A DNA stretch of 64,000 nucleotides, from assembly GCA_000388065.2 (NCBI GenBank), contig KB932207.1. One strand, written 5' to 3'. The notes beneath the pieces were generated by a model that worked only from the letters and a program-made list of their open reading frames with translations, did no database searches and had not been told where the DNA came from. Of this stretch, positions 59,074 to 64,000 are shown one piece after another (within the stretch, counting starts at the first letter, position 1; each line of letters begins with the position of its first letter). The position numbers and the translations under genes were made by a program. Source of the DNA: Fonticula alba ATCC 38817. Lineage: Eukaryota > Protista > Nucleariida.

Positions 59074-62000
59074 TCAGGGATGGTAAACGTTGTCCGCCAG
59101 GTTCTGGATCTTCTGCTCATAGTCGGACTCCATCTTGGCCGCGCGCTTGCGCTCCAAATCCAGCTGGGTCTCGAGCTTCTGCTGCGCCTTCAGGTGGTCG
59201 TCCAACTGGACACGGTGGTCCTCCAGCATGGAGAGAATGCTCTGAGAGTGGGACCAGGGGGGAGGGGAGCACGGAGCGAAGCAGGGGAGAGCGATGTACA
59301 ATAATGGAGCCAGAGGACATGGTGCACAAGAGTCAGGTGGGCAGAGAAAGAGAGAGAGAGGAAGAGATACACAGGGAGAGAGGGAGAGAGGGAGACATAA
59401 AGCGGGCCACATGGGGGATGCAGATGGTCGCGACAGGAGGTGGAACATACCGTCTCCAGCTCGGCACGGCGTTTCCGCGCGGCATCCGCCTCGTGAGCCT
59501 GGCTCTGGCTGGCGTGTGTGGCCGAGATGACCTTCTGCCCAGCAGCATCGAGCTCCGTATGCAGGGCACGGATTTGCTCTGTGCAGGTGTGTGCCGTGTT
59601 TGGCATTTGCAGCAAAGAGGAAAGGGATCGGCATGGTCGTCAGGATATCGCCCGGGGCAATTGGACAACCACCAAAAAGTTGGACANNNNNNNNNNNNNN
59701 NNNNNNNNNNNNNNNNNNNNNNNNNNNNNNNNNNNNNNNNNNNNNNNNNNNNNNNNNNNNNNNNNNNNNNNNNNNNNNNNNNNNNNNNNNNNNNNNCCCC
59801 CCCCCCGCGGGAAAGGGCACGTACGCTGCAGTGTGAGGGCGGTGTGATCGACGAAGTCACGCAGATGGGCCTGGGCCTTGGCAGCCTCGTTGGCCGCGTT
59901 CGCGCTGTCCTCCTCCAGCCGGCGGCGGATGAGGAGCTCCTGCTGGGCGGCGGCCTCCAGGCGATCAGCCACAGCGCGAGAGGCGGTGGCCTCGGCCCGG
60001 GACGCAGCCAGCTCGGCCTCGGTGGCGGCCAGCTTCCGCCGGACCTCAGCCAGCTCTGTCGTCTGGGTGGACTCCTGCTGGCGAACTTGGCGGTTGTCAT
60101 GCTCCGCCTGGCTCAGGGCCAGAGAGCTATCCCGGGCGGCGGCCTCAGCGGTGGTCCGCTCGAAGTGGACATCCGCCTGCAGGCGGGTGATGGTCTCCTG
60201 GCTGGTGGCCAGCTCCCCCTGCAGCGAGGCAACCTGGGCGCTGAGGGACTCGACGGCCGCACTGGCGTGCGCAAGCTCGGTGGCCAGGCGCGTCTCCTTG
60301 GAGGTGGCCTCCTGCTGGAAGCCGGCGAACTCCTTCTTCAGATGCTCGAGCTGCTGGTCGAGGGACATGCGCAGAGCACGCTCACTCTCAAGTGAGAGTT
60401 GGCTGTGGCGGGGAGAGAGGGAGAGGGGAGGAGGGTGAGTGGGTGCAGGGGGGCGTGGTCGAAAGGCAATTCATAGATCATATCACGCACAGAGACTTGA
60501 AGTCTTGCTCCTGAACACGAGCCTGGAACTCGGTAGACTCAATCAGCTGGCGGCCCCGGAGTGGGGCAAGGGGACAGACGCATGAGGAGGCCAAGTGCCG
60601 AGGAAAAATCACAGGAAGTCAGCACCAGCACCAGCGCAAGCGGGGCGGGGCGGGGCGGGGGAGGGGNNNNNNNNNNNNNNNNNNNNNNNNNNNNNNNNNN
60701 NNNNNNNNNNNNNNNNNNNNNNNNNNNNNNNNNNNNNNNNNNNNNNNNNNNNNNNNNNNNNNNNNNNNNNNNNNNNNNNNNNNNNNNNNNNNNNNNNNNN
60801 NNNNNNNNNNNNNNNNNNNNNNNNNNNNNNNNNNNNNNNNNNNNNNNNNNNNNNNNNNNNNNNNNNNNNNNNNNNNNNNNNNNNNNNNNNNNNNNNNNNN
60901 NNNNNNNNNNNNNNNNNNNNNNNNNNNNNNNNNNNNNNNNNNNNNNNNNNNNNNNNNNNNNNNNNNNNNNNNNNNNNNNGGGGGGGGGGGGCGGAGGAGA
61001 ATGTCCACAGCGGCATACGCACCTTCCCAGACTCCTGGAGATCCTGCTTCAGAGTGGCCGACGTCTGGGAGTGCAGCTCCAGCGCAGCACGCAGCTCCTT
61101 CAGCTGGGTCTCCGCCACGGCCAGCGAGTTCTCCACAATCTTCCTGTAAGAGGGGCATGTAGAAGGCGTACGAACACACAAAGGGGGGGGGGGGGAGCGA
61201 GGAGGGGGCAGTCAGCGGCTGAGAGCGAGCGAGGCAGAAAAAGGTTTATGCGGTCCTTCCTCCCACGTCCTGCTCCTTTTCAGCAGAGCACGCGGCGCGC
61301 TGGATCACGCACCGCTGGTTGGTCTCGCGCTGGAGGCTCATCTGGAAGTTCTGCTCCGAGGCGGTCAACGTGGCCATGCTCTCGGCCAGGCTGACCTGGG
61401 TATCGGCAGCGCGCTTGCTGCTCTGTGCGGCCTCCTCGCGGGCACGCTGGAGGTCTAGCTCGGAGCGCTGGAGGGCCGACGTCGTTGCCGTCAACCGGGC
61501 ACGGAGCTGGTCCGTGAGGGTGGTCTCTATATGAATATATATATATATATGTATGTATGTGTGTATGTGCCGGGGGGTGTTCGGCAGAGAGGAGGGAAGA
61601 GCCAGGAGGGAGGGGTCAGAGTTGGCCAGAGATCCGGGACTCAGCGAAATGTCCGTGTCAGGCGTGGACGCACCCTTGGCCAGGTTAAAGCGCAGAGCTG
61701 TGAGCTCCGACTCCAGAGCAGCGTATGCCCGATTGCGGACAATGCCACCGGTGCCCTGGGACGAGGAGAGCCCCACATCTGGCTTCTTCTCGAGATCCGC
61801 CAGGGACAGCGGTCCATCGGACAAGTGGCCATCCTGCGACCGGGAAAGAGAGGCCGAGCCAGAAGCCGAGCTGGGGGCCGAGGACCCGCTACGCGAAAGC
61901 TCGGACCCGCTGTGGGACAGCTCGGACCCGCTGCGCGAAAGTGGCCCCTCCAGGGGAGTCGTCGAGTTGGGCGTCACATCCGGCAGGGAGAGCCGGCGCT

Positions 62001-62731
62001 CGGCCGGCCGGCCAGAAAAGCCAGTGGTGAACCCCTGGAAGGAGCGCCCGGTCTCAACATCCGAGTTGGCGAGCAGGGCCCCGCTGACGCCAGCCGAGGA
62101 GCCCCCACCGCTGGAGGTGGAGAGCGGGGCAGCTGGCCGCGAAAGAGGCGGGCGCTGCTTGGCCGCATCGGTGGCGGGCGGCTGCTCGGAGGTGGAGCGC
62201 GACCCGAAGGAGGTAAAGCTGGTGCTGAAGCTGCTCCGAGAGACATGGGGCTTGGTGGCTGGCTCGGCAGCGGGCCTGAGGAAATGGTGAGCAAGCAAGG
62301 AGGCGGCAATGGGAGCGGGGGGGGGGGGGGGGAAAAAGGCGGGGCATGGAAGCCAGGGCGTACTCAGCAACGACCGGGGCCGGGCGCTTGGCCGGGGGCT
62401 CTTCGAGTGCAGGGCTTGGCTCGGCCGCGAGCTCGGAGAAAGACCGGCGCAAGCTGGCCGAGTCGCGTCCGGAGTCGGAAAACCCGGAAGAAAAGCCCCC
62501 GAGGAAGCCGCCGGCCGAGCGAGAAAAGGAGGAGGACACGGTCTTGGCGATGGGCTTCGATGGGAGGGCCGGCTCATCCATGACCGCAGCGGCGGGAGTG
62601 TTGCCGGAGGTGGCGGTGTCGACCGGGGGGCCGGAGGTGAGGATGTCCTTCATGGAGTCCCTCGGGCGGACGATCGTCGCGGGCTGCTCCGAAGCCGAGG
62701 AGGCCTCTATCGAGGTTGTCGTTGAATCCAT
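59074..62731 (-). CDS. Hypothetical protein: Ser/Pro-rich disordered N-half plus long C-terminal coiled coil; multi-exon, with two N-gaps in introns
   Basis: Exons read MDSTTTSIEASSASEQ..., ...RAYAALESELTALRFNLAKG..., LTDQLRARLTATTSALQRSELDLQRAREE..., IVENSLAVAETQLKELRAALE..., SLDQQLEHLKKEF... and ...LERKRAAKMESDYEQKIQNLADNVYHP*. The heptad pattern and GT-AG boundaries support the model; the family was not recognised. Confidence 0.7.
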
Positions 62732-63765
62732 CAAGAGAGGTCAGAGGGTGGGCATCCATGCAGGCGGATGTTGGAGGTGTCCACAAGTGTGTGTGTGTGT
62801 GTGTGTGGGGGGGGGGGGGGGAGGGCGCACCTGCAGAGGAGCGAGAGAAGTCACCGAAACCGTTCATGGCTCCGGGATCTGCGTGGTGCAGAGGGGAGTG
62901 GGGCAGCGAGCAGCGGGAGGGGGAAAGGAGGGAGGAAACAAGCAGATGGGGCGGCGTGGGGAAAAGTGTGGGGGTGGGGGGAAGACGGATTCGCATTGTC
63001 CCAGGCTTAGATCTCGCCCCGGGACAGGGCGCACCCCCTTTGGGCGAGGACAGTCCAGAGCGGGGTGGGGTGGGGGCACACCCCCGGAGAGCCTACCAGC
63101 CTCCAGCCCGGGACAGATCCGCCTGCCTCCCCTTCCCCCCCCCCCCCTCTTTCTCTCCCCCTCCGCCCCGCTCGAGACCACCCCGCCTTGAACGATGGTT
63201 GGCGCGATCGGGAGTGAGAGGGACCGGAGGAGGAGGGGGGGGGGGAGATAGCGTCCGCCGAATAACGGGGAGCATTCTTCCCGCGAAAGGGGGGCCGAAT
63301 GCCGGGGCGGGGGGACCTTGTCCCCGGGGCCAGGCGCAATAATTCAAATTATAACGACGTTAGAACAGCGTTGTCGCGGCACGTGTCCATCGGCGCTCCA
63401 CCATCCAGACCAGCTGATCTAACACGTGTCCCTCAATCGCGTAGATCTTGAGGTGGCTGGGGAAGATGAGAAGGGCTGGGGACCGGTCTCGGTGGTGAAG
63501 ACGGGGGGGGGGGGGGCGTTCGGCTCCAATGGATGGGCCTTCAAGCGTCGGCACACTTCGGGCGATCGATCACCCTCCGTCAGTAGAACAAAATCCACCT
63601 TCTCTCATCCTGCATGCCCCTCCCCCTCGTTGTCTCCCCCCCTCGCCCCTCGCCCCTCCTTCCCCGCACCACACTGGCAAGCCAATTGAAGGAGCTCATC
63701 ATTCTCTCTTCGCCGACTCTTTGACGGTTTCCCCCTCGCTGTTCTCCTCTTCCGCCACAGTCATC

Positions 63766-63861
63766 ATGAGCCGCCACGCTAAGATGACTTTCTATGCCAC
63801 CTGTGCGGTGACAGGCCTGATCGTTGGCCTGGTACACTGGGATCAGAAGAAGACCCATGAG
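63766..63861 (+). CDS. PET117: Cytochrome c oxidase assembly factor Pet117, first coding exon (gene continues beyond the window)
   Basis: MSRHAKMTFYATCAVTGLIVGLVHWDQKKTHE followed by a GTATGG donor. This matches the Pet117 pattern MSxxSKxTL...TM...VHxxQ. Confidence 0.8.
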
Positions 63862-63942
63862 GTATGGCTTTCGTTGCTTCTTTTTTTATCCGCTGTCCGT
63901 GGCACTCGCTTGTTACTTCCTCGAGGGCACACACACACTCTA

Positions 63943-63988
<46 letters not shown>

Positions 63989-64000
63989 GTATGCATGCCC

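Noticed and set aside
63380-63428. Two CACGTGTCC E-boxes in the PET117 promoter, and others at 5430, 11621 and 20080
   Set aside because: By a rough base-composition estimate about 20 CACGTG sites are expected by chance in this window, so there is no enrichment.
1-64000. tRNA, rRNA, CRISPR, transposase/retroelement or prokaryotic operon signals
   Set aside because: No T-loop/D-loop pairs, rRNA motifs, repeat-spacer arrays, terminal repeats or RT/integrase motifs were seen by eye. A tRNAscan-SE/Rfam run would be needed to exclude them fully.

Overview
This is GC-rich eukaryotic draft-assembly DNA with short GT-AG spliceosomal introns, (GA)n/(CA)n/poly-C/poly-G tracts and 8 N-gaps. The intron style and gene content resemble an early-branching opisthokont or holomycotan protist, possibly Fonticula-like; this is an inference, not a database result. 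I can support 15 protein-coding genes: NOP7/pescadillo, a small LYR-motif protein, BRX1, a SAP-less Tho1/MOS11/SARNP-like protein, RTF2, single-chain ATP-citrate lyase, clathrin heavy chain, LTV1, TRM3/TARBP1, an AT-hook protein, a UPF0658-like membrane protein, RPL17 (uL22), SMU1, a TPR + SGNH-like protein and a coiled-coil protein, plus the first exon of PET117. I saw no tRNA, rRNA, CRISPR array or mobile element. Most long ORFs in the supplied track are antisense shadows. The most interesting observations are (1) a strongly structured, sense-strand RNA candidate in an unusually long LTV1 intron, next to a hairpin-wrapped 54-nt in-frame exon, and (2) an intact 804-aa TPR-SGNH hydrolase-like gene hidden by two Illumina-adapter assembly artefacts.
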